Below the pieces are notes generated by a model, which did no database searches, had not been told where the DNA came from, and worked only from the letters and a program-made list of their open reading frames with translations. A stretch of 60,569 nucleotides of DNA, filler included, from Sphacelaria rigidula (Eukaryota): assembly GCA_964200075.2 (NCBI GenBank). It is 7 parts of 7 records of this genome, joined end to end, with 100 filler letters (N's around TTAATTAATTAA, not from the genome) between each part and the next. Parts side by side here need not be neighbours in the genome. Positions count along the whole stretch, not along the records: positions 17,337 to 25,904 come from CAXNAA020010758.1; positions 26,005 to 34,572 come from CAXNAA020010759.1; positions 34,673 to 43,239 come from CAXNAA020010760.1; 4 more parts are not named here. The stretch is one strand, 5' to 3'. A program made the position numbers and the translations under genes. Position 1 is the first letter of the stretch, and each line of letters starts with the position of its first letter. Below, piece by piece: positions 23,829-36,428 of this stretch.

Positions 23829-25095
23829 GTACCGCAGCCCCCGCAGTATGTTTACTTGCTCTGTGTTTTGTGAGTTTTGTTTGAGGCTGTGCCTTTCAAT
23901 GTAATATGCGAGCATGTGAAGAGCGTGCGCGAGTCCACAAACGAGTTGGTGCAGAGAAGGCGCATTCCTGTGATTCGCGCCCACTTTGGAAGAAGTTGGC
24001 CGTGTCTTGTAATGGATTTCAGGCCGTTGGCTTTAACGTACATGATGTTTTCACCCTTTTCTCTTAAATGTAGCCCGTTTTGATTATGGACACATTGTCA
24101 TGGTGAGCTGTATGGCCATTCAACACTGCTCTGTGAGTGGTTTTGTTCACCAACCGCAGTATCATCCCCTTGTGCGGTGTTGTCTATGGCTTTCGCAGCC
24201 GTCTGGTGGTCCGCAGCAAAGCTGCAGGTGTAGATGGTTCAGAGTACGTTGTTGTTTTTTTCATCTCCGTTTGTTTATATTCATTAGCGTCCCATCGTCT
24301 CGAAAAAATAATTAGAGTTCCTGACGGCGTTACTGTACTGACACATGAATACACATAATAAATAAAGTTGGAGTTCCTGACGGCGTTACTGATACGTACG
24401 TACCCGCGTAGGCAGTATAGCGTCCGCTCTGACGGATTAATGCTACATACATACTACAACGCTACCGTTGTACAAGACTGCAAGAACAATCGCTGTTAGG
24501 TCGGTAATGCTCGACTAGCACTTCTCTCTTTCCCTGCGAACTCATGAGTGCCCAGGTGGGGATCAAGATGACGTACCGTATCGGCCTGCCCGTCGTCTTG
24601 GGCCATATTTTTCCCTACGGCAATCTCTCGCCGCCAATGCTAATTCGTTATACCTCATCGCTTTCCCCTTCCATCACCATTCCAAGGGTGGGTGTTTATC
24701 TCGCCGTCTGTACATGCCCGTAGCTCGCAAAGCGGTAAGTTCTTGACTCGACACGATTTTTTGTTTTCGATTCGCTACACCCTTGGGTTGATCGGCAAAA
24801 TCGTGGAAATCGGCAAATCAGCACTGATTTTACCCGATGTGCACTGCCGCTGTAGGTTACCGATCATCGACAAATTTGTCATCCGATATAAAATGGCACT
24901 GTGAAAAGAATATTCACTCCCTCCTTGAGCCCATCGGCGACTTTTGTTTTCTTCCCGTTCGTGCTCATCGATGAATCTGTGATGTTTTTTTTCCCTCTCC
25001 TCCAGAAAACAAACAAAGTATCAATGCCACATATCAGAGCAATTATGTATCCCATCCCATCTCAAACATTTACATACTATTTGGGTGAGAAAATA

Positions 25096-25424
25096 ACAAG
25101 TTTATGAAAAGAGATTGCATGCTGAAATGAGGTTCAGGCCCAAAACAGTGCTTCTTCACACTCTCAGCGATGGTGCCCGATGACTTTTTTGTCGGCCAAA
25201 TGCCCCTCGATTGCGTAAATACTTCTTCAGCGCCTTTTACCGACTATGTGAGCTTACAGCACTGACCGGAACCATCGTTTCCCCTGATATCACCATGTAC
25301 GCAATCGAGGGGCATTTAGTTGACAGAAAAGTCATCGCGCACCGTCGCTGAACGTGTGGAGAAGCATTATTTTGGGCTTGAATCGAAGCTTATTTCAGCA
25401 TACAATCTCATTTCATACACTTGT
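25096..25424. mobile_element. Foldback element/MITE with about 120-bp inverted arms
   Basis: AAATGCCCCTCGATTGCGTA / TACGCAATCGAGGGGCATTT is a perfect inverted pair; the outer arms pair imperfectly. Confidence 0.8.
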
Positions 25425-25741
25425 CTGCTGATACTTCCAACCCTAACCCTGACCCTAACCCTTGGATAAAATTGCAAGTTTCGCTCAAACAATAGACCTG
25501 GAGACATGTCCGCACTCAATGGTTAGTACTCGATTCACTTGATTTCGGAATGTAGAAAGTTGTGAGAAAATGTATGGTTTGGGTTAGGTGATGTAATGAG
25601 GTGAGGAGTCTGGCTGTATTATTTCCTGGACCATACGCATGCAAAAAGCTTGGTACGCGTACGTGTTTTCCTTCGCTACAGTGTGGCTCTGTGCAAGACC
25701 TTTTCCACCGAAGCCATGTGCCGGAGACGGGCCATATTTAT

Positions 25742-25830
25742 ATGAGTGCGTTGTCATCCCTCCTATTCTGGACGCCAATGTACATCTTATACGTGGGCGA
25801 CGTGGGCGCGTCAACCGGAGTCACACAGGG
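25742..25830 (-). mobile_element. 3' fragment of the SINE (variant)
   Basis: Reverse complement reads CCTGTGTGACTCCGGTTGACGCGCCCAC...GGCGTCCAGAATAGGAGGGATGACAAC. Confidence 0.7.
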
Positions 25831-26059
25831 GGGGGGGGGGGGGGGCACCATTTTTTGCTTGCCCTTGGGGGGTGCCCATTGACCAGCCCTCCCTTTTGAG
25901 GAGGNNNNNNNNNNNNNNNNNNNNNNNNNNNNNNNNNNNNNNNNNNNNTTAATTAATTAANNNNNNNNNNNNNNNNNNNNNNNNNNNNNNNNNNNNNNNN
26001 NNNNCCTGGTCATCATCCAGGATCCTACATGCTACATCTACTACGCCTTGGTGTATTTT

Positions 26060-26436
26060 GGCTACACTACTCATCATACCCAAGTAATACTTTATACTCA
26101 AGTGTTACTGAGAGTGCTTAATCAATGTTTTAGTAGAGTAATTGAGGTTATGCTCAATCTGACGAATATTTCAGTAGATTATTGAGGTCATACTCGAGTG
26201 ATACTCTATACACAAGTGATTCTGAGAGTACTGCCTTAACGTTTGAGTAGAGTACTGGGGGTCGTACTCGATCAACTCAAAATTGAGGTAGGGTATTTGA
26301 GGCCGTACTTAATCTACCCAAAATTTGAGAAGAGTGTTTGAGGTCATACTCGACCTACTCAACATTCAAGTAGAGTACATACTCGGGTATTCTACTCGAG
26401 TACTCAGAAGTACATACTCTACTCGACCTGCCCTTG
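26060..26436. repeat. Diverged about 41-bp tandem array, probably subterminal repeats of a DNA transposon end
   Basis: Recurring GAGTAGAGTA.TGAGGTCATACTCGA.CTACTCAAAATT units ending at CTCGACCTGCCCTTG. Confidence 0.6.
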
Positions 26437-27319
26437 AAACATTTCTACATAAAACATGTATACTTGAGGTTCTATAATCTTTTTTCGATCTAAAGTTTGC
26501 ATATTCGCTTGGATCCAACACACGCAAAACGAACGAATTCGTTCGAAACAAATCGACCGCACTTTTCCTTCGATCGATTTTTCTTTGCTATATTAAGGCG
26601 TGTCTTGGGACGTGTCGTCGCACATTTTTTTGATCGAAAAAGTGCGGTAAAGAATAAATTCCGATGTGATCGGTTGTGTGGTGAGCCGACTTCTCGGAGG
26701 CGTTATGATTTCGTGCAGAACCAGTTCTAGTTTCAAAAGAACGAAGCGTGCATGTGAAACTCGGGGTAAAATAAGATAAACTAGTCCTTGTCCGGGTTAC
26801 AGGGATTGTACTATGGTGTTGAAAGGTATCGTGAATCATATACCTAGTTTTTGGTCACAAGTGGGCTGGTGCGTTGTAGGTTGAATTAACAACAGTCAAG
26901 AAACCTTGTGTTCCGGATCGGAAGGTCTGAGATGTCGGGGTATATTGAAAGGAAAATTCAACAAGAAGGAAGTCATTTTGAAATACGAGCTGTTGGGTGT
27001 ACTCTGAGCTGGTGTTGGATATCAAACCATTCAGCACTTCGATACGGTATCGATTTTTCCAGCTGTCGACAAAGATGAATTTCGATAAATTTCGGCGAAG
27101 CCTAACCTGGGCGAGCGCATCGCTGTGCAAACCCCAAATACCTCCCCAACCCCCCCCCCCCCCAGGCCCGTGAGGCGGCCCCGCCGGAGGCGCCGCCGGA
27201 GGTAAAAAAAAGGGATACATAGCTCTATTGTATATCCCCATCGAAATTTCCCTACCCAAGCTCTCCTACCTAGGAGAGAACGTGTCCAGATTCGAAAAAA
27301 CCCGATAGTCACACCGCAT

Positions 27320-27420
27320 GTTTTATCGTTTTTATCGAGATGTTTCCGATACGATAACGATAACGATATTTCGATACGATAACGATAACGATATTTCGAT
27401 GCGATATTTTGGTACGATAT
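27320..27420. repeat. CGATA(A/T) short-repeat cluster (transposon-subterminal-like)
   Basis: CGATACGATAACGATAACGATATTT occurs twice in tandem, with inverted TATCG copies nearby. Confidence 0.65.
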
Positions 27421-27475
27421 TCAACACTACTTTGACCATGACGAGTGAGTTCTCTTAGGGATAATACCACAGATT

Positions 27476-27866
27476 TGTCGTCAGGGACGATAGAAGGGAT
27501 GGAGAGACACAAGGGTGGGGGCAGAAGGCATTTTCTGCACGCACCTCCTCTAGTCTTCCCTTTTTCTTCATTTCCTTGTTCCGGCGTGATTTTCGGTCTG
27601 TGTTGGGGCACAGGTTACAATTGCTAGTACTTACTTTCAATTGTTTATCAAATGGTGAAAATAATGAGTGGGACGGCACAAACCACAGTACAAATAATCA
27701 AACACAAGGACTTTTGAAAGCTGTTTTCATCTTTTGGAGCACACCAGCGTTGATCCCTGTCCTGAGCTCGCTGCGGACACGACACTCGACTTCCACAAAG
27801 CGGCTACACGTACATGGGAGAAAAGAGGTCCAACTCCTCTCCTGACAGTGGCGCCGACGGTGGTCC
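27476..27866 (+). repeat. Candidate 5' LTR (TG...CA, about 370 bp) followed by a primer-binding site (TGGCGCCGACGGTGG, from 27849)
   Basis: Begins TGTCGTCAGG and ends CCTGACA. TGG follows one base later, directly upstream of gag-like ORFs. The second LTR is not in the contig. Confidence 0.5.
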
Positions 27867-30800
27867 GCCGGAGAAGGTCAGCAGGTTCAGTAGTTCAACA
27901 GCAGCGACTTACAACGGTGTCTGGTGAGAACGATCGTTCTAAGCTGCTGTGAGATTTGCGAGTGGGGTTCGTACCAGATAACAACGAAGAACAGATGACC
28001 TGTAGCAAGATGCATATCAGAGAGTAGCACGAAGAATAAACGTTTCCGCAGTGCACGGTGAGAAAGTGGAATGTGTAGATGAGTCAGTTGGAAGCGCGCC
28101 GGAGTTTGAACCGGGGCTTCCGGCGTATGCAGTGCTCAACACTGAAGGGGGTAGAAGCACTACCGAGGAAAACCTCTCGGAGCTTTCCTCCCATGGAGTA
28201 GATAACATAAACTGCATACAGAGAGATTCCCCGACTTCTGATGTCCGCTTTTTGCAGCGAATGTAGACTCAGTGGTGAACGCTGAAGGGGATCGAAGGTC
28301 TACCGATGAAACAACGCCGGCGCTTCAAACCCCTGTTGCAGACGAAATGAAACGTGGAGAAAGCCCGACCGCTGACGGAGCGGCGCTCATCATCACGAAT
28401 GTTGTCGACAGAAGCGGGCGGAATCGAACTGTTGAAGAATTAGTTTCCCCAGCCCCTGTGAAACCCTGTGGTGGTGTGCCCGCTCTCCATGCCTTGAAAA
28501 TAAAAATCTCGCACCTGCCCAATGATGTGAGTGAAATGCTTGCTGGTAGTCATGCGCAATAATCCAGTGGTGATGTCGAAATGCTGATGGGTAATCGTGT
28601 AATCACTATCCCGTAAGCATGATGAGCGGAATATTAATATCGGGCACAACAGTGAAATGTGTTCACACTTGAGTTCACGCCCCCGTGACTCTTCGCCCCG
28701 CCTTTCCACGTCAGAGGTAGAGCAAGGTAGTCTACAGTCGACCACGGCAGGAGGAAGTCAGCAAATTCTGATGCTCCAAAGATATGAGGCGCACTATCGC
28801 TCGGTCCTGTCTGAAATTGAACTTTGTGATGCTTCCTCGGAAGACAGCGCACATTTGAGTCGAGCCTAGAGACGCGCCAGCCGGACGCAGGGGGTACATG
28901 CCGTCCCAGCAGAGTCCGTGCTGACGTATCGTGGAGAACTTGGGTTCACGTCATTAGTGCTCAGTCAGGAGGTCGGTCTCTGTTGTCCACGCCACCACCC
29001 GACTTGTTACCAGAACCAGTGGTGACAACATGTGCTACTTCCGTTGTTGGTATTGTCCTCTCCCTTGCAGACAACGAGACCCGCACGGTCAGTGACGGCA
29101 AATCGTCGAAACCCTCAGTGGTGGGGCTGCCGGGTGTATTTGTGCCCCACACCACCCGCCATGAGAAGGCCAGCGATGCCCCTTCGGCCGACACAACGAA
29201 TACTCCGGCTTCTACAGCCGTTGAGGTAACCACACCCAGCACAATGGTAGTTGACGCGGCTGCACCCCCGGATGACACCGCTGTAGATGTTGGAAAACGT
29301 CGGACGGTGGTGGACGATGTAGTAGAGAACGTCCGGCAGCTGTTGGATTCGGTGTCGCCTGCGGATCGATGCCGACCGTTGGGCATTGACGCCGATGATG
29401 GAAATCGCCCCGGTATGACTGTCGCTGCAGCGGGTGGGGCTTACACCCTCATCCCATCGGCCTCGACGAAGCCCTTGGCGGAAAACGTAGAAGCCGGAGA
29501 GGGTAAATTCACCCTCAGTACAGAGGCTGCTATAGATCCTGACGGAAACGAGGCCCTAGCTCGGGTGCCGCACAAAGCTGAACTCCGTGCGGCAGCCCGT
29601 AGACACAAGCAGTTGGCTATCGCTCTTAGAACAGAAAAAATTGCGGCAAAGGGGGTAGTCACGCAAACGCTGTTACAAAGAAGGAAGCTGGCTTAGACTG
29701 GCAGCTTGTAGGGAAAACTGAGACATCATGTGCTCAGGCGGTGAAATCACCCCCCGCCCCTGGCAGCAAATCTTCTCGCTTGCCGTTGACGAAAAAGTGT
29801 GTGTTCCCTCCTTTGCTTCCCCAGACGGCGAGGCGCGAGCTGAGTGAAAGCACCTCTCGTTTTTTTTTACGTCAATGAGGGGCTGGAGGAGATTGGGGCC
29901 CGTAACACCACCTTGAAGAAGGAACTTGTGGATGCACGGGCCAGAGTAGAGGCATTGGAACAGAGGCACAAGGAAACGATGCAAGCGGAGGTCGCAAAAG
30001 AGGCCGAACTTCGTGAGGCACGGAAGGCTCGCGAAGGGGCTACCGCGGAACGGGTTCCCCATACGGACATCTTGCATATATGGTTGGCCCCGCCCACTTT
30101 GTCTAAGTATCAGCGGGCGGCGACGGAACATTGGTCCGCATTGGCCACCCACGCGGTCACCCCAGTAGTGCAGCGCCAGCCGGCGGTCCAAATCGCCCCG
30201 GTGCTTCCGCACCAACACCCCTGTAGAGATCTGCCTCACGGCGAGCGGAGAAGTTTCATTTGATGAATTCCAACAGCTGAGAAGGTCTTGTCCTAAACGG
30301 ATACCGCTGGAGGAATGGCTGAAATATCAGTCATTTTCGTCACAAGAGGGGGGTGCAGGGGTCATGGGATCGCCCCTTCGCAAGGAGTTGGCATGCGGCC
30401 CGGGGAGGGATTCGCTCCGGGGCATCCTTTGGGACCGGGGAAGGAGGGAGGAGGACTTACGTGGGGACTGCCTCATGAACATCGTTGGTGGGATGGGTCT
30501 GGGTCGGAGAGGGGCGGAAGTGCTGGTAGTTGGCCGGATGAGTCTTTTCCGCGTAGCTGCCGAGGGCGAGGCCGGGTGCACCCTTCTGCGAGCCACTGGC
30601 ATAAAAAAAAGGTACGAGCACGAAGGAACATCTGTTGAAACTCATACTGCGCCGCGTGTAAGAGTCTTTGAGGTTGCAGAAGGGTCGATAGCAGAGAGCA
30701 GCGAAGACCATAGGGTAGTGGTGGATCTGGCAGCGTCGGCCGCTGAACCGCACGTAGCAACACAACCCGCGTCCGCTCCAGTGGAGAACACAGAATCCGC

Positions 30801-31903
30801 GAATCAGACACCACCACCAAGTAGATTTTCCGCTGAAATGACACGAGAGTACGCCAAAATGGACACGTCCATCTTGATTGAGCTGCCGAAATTGCCGCTC
30901 AGTTCGGATCATGACGCGGCGGATTTAGTGGCCTTCGGTGCCGCACTTCGAGACTATACGAATGATATGCGAGTAATTGTAGGGGACACTGACCTTATTT
31001 ACTGGCATCCGGGGTGGGTGAAATGTTTACAAAAATAATTATTGAGAGATACCCGAGGCCATGAATGCGCTTCGAAAGCTTCCCAGGCGCTAACGGCCTT
31101 GAGAACGCGAATTGCTGATGTTACGAACGAAGCCATTCGAATGAAAGACGCAGGATCAACAGACCCGGAGGCCGCTGACCATGTGCTACGCATGCTAAGT
31201 GGAGCCTTGAGCAAAGTCACCCCGGCTGGTGTTGTGGGGGTGCCGGTCAGTTTCACACTTGATGCGGGAACCACGTTTGCAACATACCCATCGGAATTGA
31301 GACTTTTGGTAGCGAATGTGCAGAGTGTTGGTCGAGAATTGGCCCCAGGCAATGGTTCTTTCCAATCAGCGGTGGAGAGTGGCATCGACGACCAACTTCC
31401 AAATATTAGTGCACAGGCTGTTGCGGGCCGGCACCATCAACCTCTCCCCTTTGAGGACGTCGATCAATTGATGAACGCTCTACGAGATCTTGACACCAAT
31501 ACTTCGGTGGCTGTAGCATCGACGCGTTTTGGTACTGGTAGTTTCGGTGGCGTAACGACCAGAGGTAGACATTACGCCAAAGCAATACGCAGTAAACGTT
31601 TTGGGGGTGTAATGGCACTTGACGATGTGTACCAAGAGGAAGATTCGGAAATCCAGCATGTGAATGTTATCGGTCAGCAAAACAACCACCATTTTGGGAA
31701 AAGGCGTAGGGATCCCCCCTTTTACGAACCCTTCAATTCTCGCAAAGCGAAAGACGCCGCGCGCAAAGTATTCGATCAATTGTGTTTACATTACGGTAGC
31801 CCTGAGTACCTTCTTGCCCGCGCTTGCCCTCAGGACTACATAAATAAGTCGGGGATCATACATCATGAAATCATGGAGGGGTCTCCAGAAGAAAATTCAG
31901 AAA

Positions 31904-32046
31904 CACACACTGGACAATATAGTAGAATACACTGTCAAAACGTGTACTGTGTACAGTATCTACTATTGCGCCTATTGCAGCAGACAATAGATTCCATACT
32001 GTACGCAGTACATTTTTTTACAATAGAATACTCTGTCCAGGGTGTG
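31904..32046. mobile_element. 143-bp hairpin MITE with 4-bp TSD (GAAA), inserted in the gag-like ORF
   Basis: Termini CACACACTGGACA / TGTCCAGGGTGTG; inner arms GTACTGTGTACAGTAT / ATACTGTACGCAGTAC; GAAA at 31900-31903 and 32047-32050. Confidence 0.75.
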
Positions 32047-33506
32047 GAAACATGGTGACGATGGCAACGTAAATGGTGTGACTATCACCGTACAAGAAAT
32101 AATCCTTGAAGATGCGGCGATGAAATCTGTGCCAGTTCATCGACAGCACTTCAGCCCGCTATAGGCACTAGACCCTCCCACAAACATTGCAGGTATTAAT
32201 CGCGTTACTGTGTCTAGTCCGCACAGTCCAACTAGCTCGGCCGCGCATGGAGAGAGTACTATTCGGCGGAACGGGGGAAATCCGTTCCAAAGGGGTAAGA
32301 ATTGTGATTCCGCTGAAACATCGGAATCCAACACGGGGACTGATCATCCACGTGAAGGTATTGTTAAGGTTGGGAAGAAATCACAGTGCTGTTTAAGTCA
32401 GAAGGTCAGCCAGTCTGTAGGCATTTTATTGCAGGCAGGTGTAAATAGGGCCTCAGCGTTGACATCTTGCGCGACACCTCAGTCTGGCCGTCGGAATAGT
32501 GCATCGGGTACGGGTCGTTCCCCTAGTTGCGCACAAATTATAAGCGGTATTTGAAGTAAAAGTAAAACATCGAGTGCACAAGCATGCAGCCGAGTTGTAT
32601 CATCTGAACCTTCGGTCGCCACTAGGGTTATGGATGGACCCGATACGATTGTACCGTCGCAGAATATAGAGGACCCAGTAGGATCCGTAAGCATCCAGGG
32701 TGAGGCAGGAGAACCGCATGATCGAGAAACTTCTCAGAGTAATTCTCGATACCCATCCGGACCGAGGACCACATGCAAGAATCTTCCCGCCGAAACTCCC
32801 ACCGCACAAGGCAAAACTGCCCACTGCGGGAGGAGCAGTAGTAGTAGCTGTAACCTGGTTGGAAGAAATGACATTGCTCCCGCCGAAAATAAACCTTCCA
32901 CTATGCACGGCAAATCTGCCCGTGTCAGTCGGGAAAATAGTAATGCTCAGGAAGGGCAAAACAGATTTCTCCCGCCGAAATTTCCTCTGTGCACGATGAA
33001 AATAAATGCACCAGTTCGACTTCTAGTAGCATCGAGGTGAGCATATAGTATGTGAAATATCTCGAAATAGAGACTCCGATGGGCATAGCGTATCAACTCT
33101 GAACAGTCGGGGCAACAGTAGCGTAGGTCAGGAAGGACCAAACGAGGTTGGTCCTACTCTAGATCTGGCAATAACCGTGCACGGAGACGGATCAGCCGAC
33201 GACGGTAATGATGTGCAGGACTGTATGACTATTGATTTTCCCGATAGTACCGCTGTAGCTTCCCAAATTACTTCACAGCCTGTAGACAGTGACGAGTGCC
33301 CGTGCCACGCTGTGCGTAGTGCAGTTGAAGAGAAAGGTAACGATCCAAGTGAGATAACAGCCGAAAGTATTTACGTGCTGGACCCGAAAACAGGTAGCCG
33401 TTTGCCTAACAAACCGGTTTCCGTCGGCGTTCCGGCGACAATCTCATCAAGTTGCGCGGGAAAGGAAAGGATCTTCCTTGGAAACAATTCATAAAGTAGG
33501 GTGTGT

Positions 33507-33555
33507 GGGTGTACTCATGATCATGCATGCCATAGTCATCAGACCATTGACCTCG
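33507..33555 (-). mobile_element. Very short 3' end of LINE family B
   Basis: GTACTCATGATCATGCATGCCATAGTCAT.AGACCATTGACCTC, flanked on both sides by GTGTGTGGG. Confidence 0.75.
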
Positions 33556-34672
33556 TAGTGTGTGTGTGGGGGGGGGGGAAGTGAGTGTGAATCGCAAGGA
33601 AATTTTGCCTTGGGTGCAAATGTTTTCGTGTCCAAAGGCGTCTAGAACATTGGAGGTCAAGACTCTAGTGAACACAGGAAGTCCAGCGACATTCATTCGG
33701 TACAAGGTGTGGAAAACAATGGCTGAGGCCGGGGCGGCTACCATAAAAGGTGCCCGTGAAGTAGACCTTGTGTCCTGGAGGGACTTCGATGGCTTCCAGT
33801 TGTGTACTTTTCACAGGTGCTGTTGGATATCAGACAGTGGCTTAGAAGACTCAACCCACGAATGTCGGTTTAAAACGGACGAGCATGTGTAGCAAGTTAC
33901 GCCCCTGTTGTACCATATGGAACAATGGACGATGATACCCTAGTAGGACGTGATGGCCTAGGTTTATTGTCGGGCAGAACGTATCGTGATGTTAACCGAC
34001 GAGAGACAATCATGACATTGTGAGGGAACGACATTGATTTTGTTGATCGTGCGTTCGCGGATCACGTTCGCAATGCCGTTGGCTTCATTGAACCCAAGTC
34101 GTCAGCGGCCCAAGTGATAGTAATGTACAACGGATATCATAGTATGGTACGACCTGATACTTTGCCATGGGTTCCTGTCAAACAATTCAACATGGACGGA
34201 ACGCCCACCACCGGTGGCTCTTACTATGCGACCCTGGATCCCGATTGGTCCCCGCATGAAGTAATCATAGATGCTGTAGAATTCATCATCCTTCTCAGTT
34301 ATACTGTCTCGGAGGGGGAGATGTTATCTCCTAATACGACTTTGAGATTTGCCGGGGCACCGTTAATACCTTGCTCTTGGGCAGATGTTGCGATTTCCAC
34401 TATAAGTGAGGAAAGATCTTAGAAGGCACTTATGGTCGAACCGGAGAGATGCTGACGTCTGTTTCATTTGGGCTAGTAACAGCCGATTCTCGAAAATGGG
34501 GTTGAAAAAAAGAATGAGGTTCAACTCAAAAGCCGTGCTTTGCCTGACCTGAATTCAAGACAAATGACTTCCNNNNNNNNNNNNNNNNNNNNNNNNNNNN
34601 NNNNNNNNNNNNNNNNTTAATTAATTAANNNNNNNNNNNNNNNNNNNNNNNNNNNNNNNNNNNNNNNNNNNN

Positions 34673-34735
34673 AGGGATGCGTGGTCAATGGTCAAACGAC
34701 TAAGGCAAGCAACAAATGAGTACGCCCCCCCCCCC
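34673..34735 (+). mobile_element. LINE family A 3' terminus with C-run tail
   Basis: GGGATGCGTGGTCAATGGTCAAACGACTAAGGCAAGCAACAAATGAGTACG followed by 11 C. Confidence 0.85.
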
Positions 34736-36428
34736 ATCATAGGATGACTCAATCATCCGCTTCGACGTAAGACTGTAGATGGATCGTTTCCTCCAGTCTC
34801 TCCTGATTTTGGCCACACATTACCCTGGCCATGTGTGTTCGAACTTGAAAAACTTACGCTCGAATTACCGATGTCAAGGTGGAGCCGCAGCTCATGCTGG
34901 AAATTTCTGACAAACTCACCGACGCCACGGAATCGCACGGGGACAGGGCTCTACCTGTCTCGGGCGGGGGACCAGGTGTCAAGCGTCGATGCCCGTTCAG
35001 GTAGTAACATCACGTGATGATCCGCGGCGCGGGGGCGGAATAAGCTTGTTGGGCATGATAAATACACCAATCGTTCGCGCACCAGTTTAGCATTTCCGTT
35101 ATGTGAGTTTCACGGGGCGTCTGCACGTGAATACGCAAGGACTGGGCAACCTTTTTCTATCCCTGACTACTCAGATGCCTGTGGTGGCAAAGTCAGTCCC
35201 GTCACTCAAATATGTATGTCACTCTTTCGTGTCAAGGCATAATCCTTCCATGGCTCAACGAGGCAAGACTTACTCCCACCGAAGGAGCTCGACGAGGCAA
35301 AGAATCCAATTCCCTCCACATGGTAGCATCAGAGAATGAGATAACGGACCAAAGATGGGCGCATGTCCCACTAACGTGGACCGATTCCTTCCGTACTACG
35401 GTACCGCTCACACCATCCCTGTGCGTGGTGCCCGTTAATATTTGGACGGAACTTGGTTTACCACGCCCCCGCAGCCAGTCGCCGCGGCGGTCGCCTAGCC
35501 TTCACCTCGACTTGCTTGACTTCGAGAGGGCATTGATCGGCAGCGACCCTTCCCCTCAGAGGGCTGTGCCTAACGACGGCCTTCCCATAGCAGGTGACTG
35601 CGATTCTCTTTGTCGGAATGCATGGAAGATCGTTACACCCTCCTGAGCGTAAGTAGCGACCATTTATATTTCTCCGCAAAACGTGACGCCCTGCGCCTTC
35701 ATAGCTGACGGTTGATTGATCGGTTGGTTGATTGTCGCTCCCTCGCTCGCTACGAGCCTAGCCGTAGCTACAGCGCAGATGAAGATATTCAAAGTGTACG
35801 GTACATCGACGGCGTCATCACCCCTAAGAAGATTCATGACGATCTTACCGTACTACTAGGTGGAACTTTCCGCCGTACTTTGCAGCATAGCGCGACCTGG
35901 GGGACACATCCATGGGTACCTGATGTTTCGCCCGACAAGGGGGATGATATCAGTCCCCTGTACAAAGTGTCAGATGCATGTCGCACGGGATAGCCGACGT
36001 TCAACAATGTTTTCGTGGGATGGAGAGTAGAGGATACGACTGAGAGCGAAAGCAAGTCAATCAATGAATGGATCGTTTCAGTTCCGAGATGCCCCTCGGT
36101 GAGGCCCGATATACTTTTTGCCGTAGCTCATCACGGAGGCCCTTGATATCCCTGAGTAGGATATCGACGTGTAGCTGTAAGCACACGCCAGTGATGGAGG
36201 CAAAGAAAAGCACATACGGAATGAAAAGTTGGCTAAGTTAAAGCGAATGATCAAAGCCACTCTCAATCAGCGCTCTACTCTCAATCTTACGAAAACGTTG
36301 TTGTTCATGAAAACGTTTCGAGGAGTGTAAGGGCTATAGATGGGCGGGAAAGGCGAGGGGGGGGTTATGTCCCGCCGATCACCGACACCAACTGTTCCCC
36401 TCCGCCCTCGCCCTCACCTGCCTCCCAA

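Larger units (their letters stand above)
27867..34572 (+). mobile_element. Degenerate Ty3/gypsy-like LTR retrotransposon internal region (gag-like ORFs and aspartic protease remnant)
   Basis: Broken + strand ORFs at 28983-32058 with a decayed zinc knuckle (LCLHYGSPEYLLARAC). Protease motifs LVNTGSPATFI (33665-33697; D>N) and LVGRD (about 33940). Confidence 0.55.

Noticed and set aside
21600-24300. Broken minus-strand ORFs suggestive of an old LINE (e.g. WHCPCCH)
   Set aside because: No diagnostic RT or endonuclease motif could be read with confidence.
24316-24391. Two 21-bp direct repeats (GAGTTCCTGACGGCGTTACTG) separated by 34 nt, CRISPR-like spacing
   Set aside because: Only two copies, eukaryotic context and no cas genes; best explained as a local duplication.
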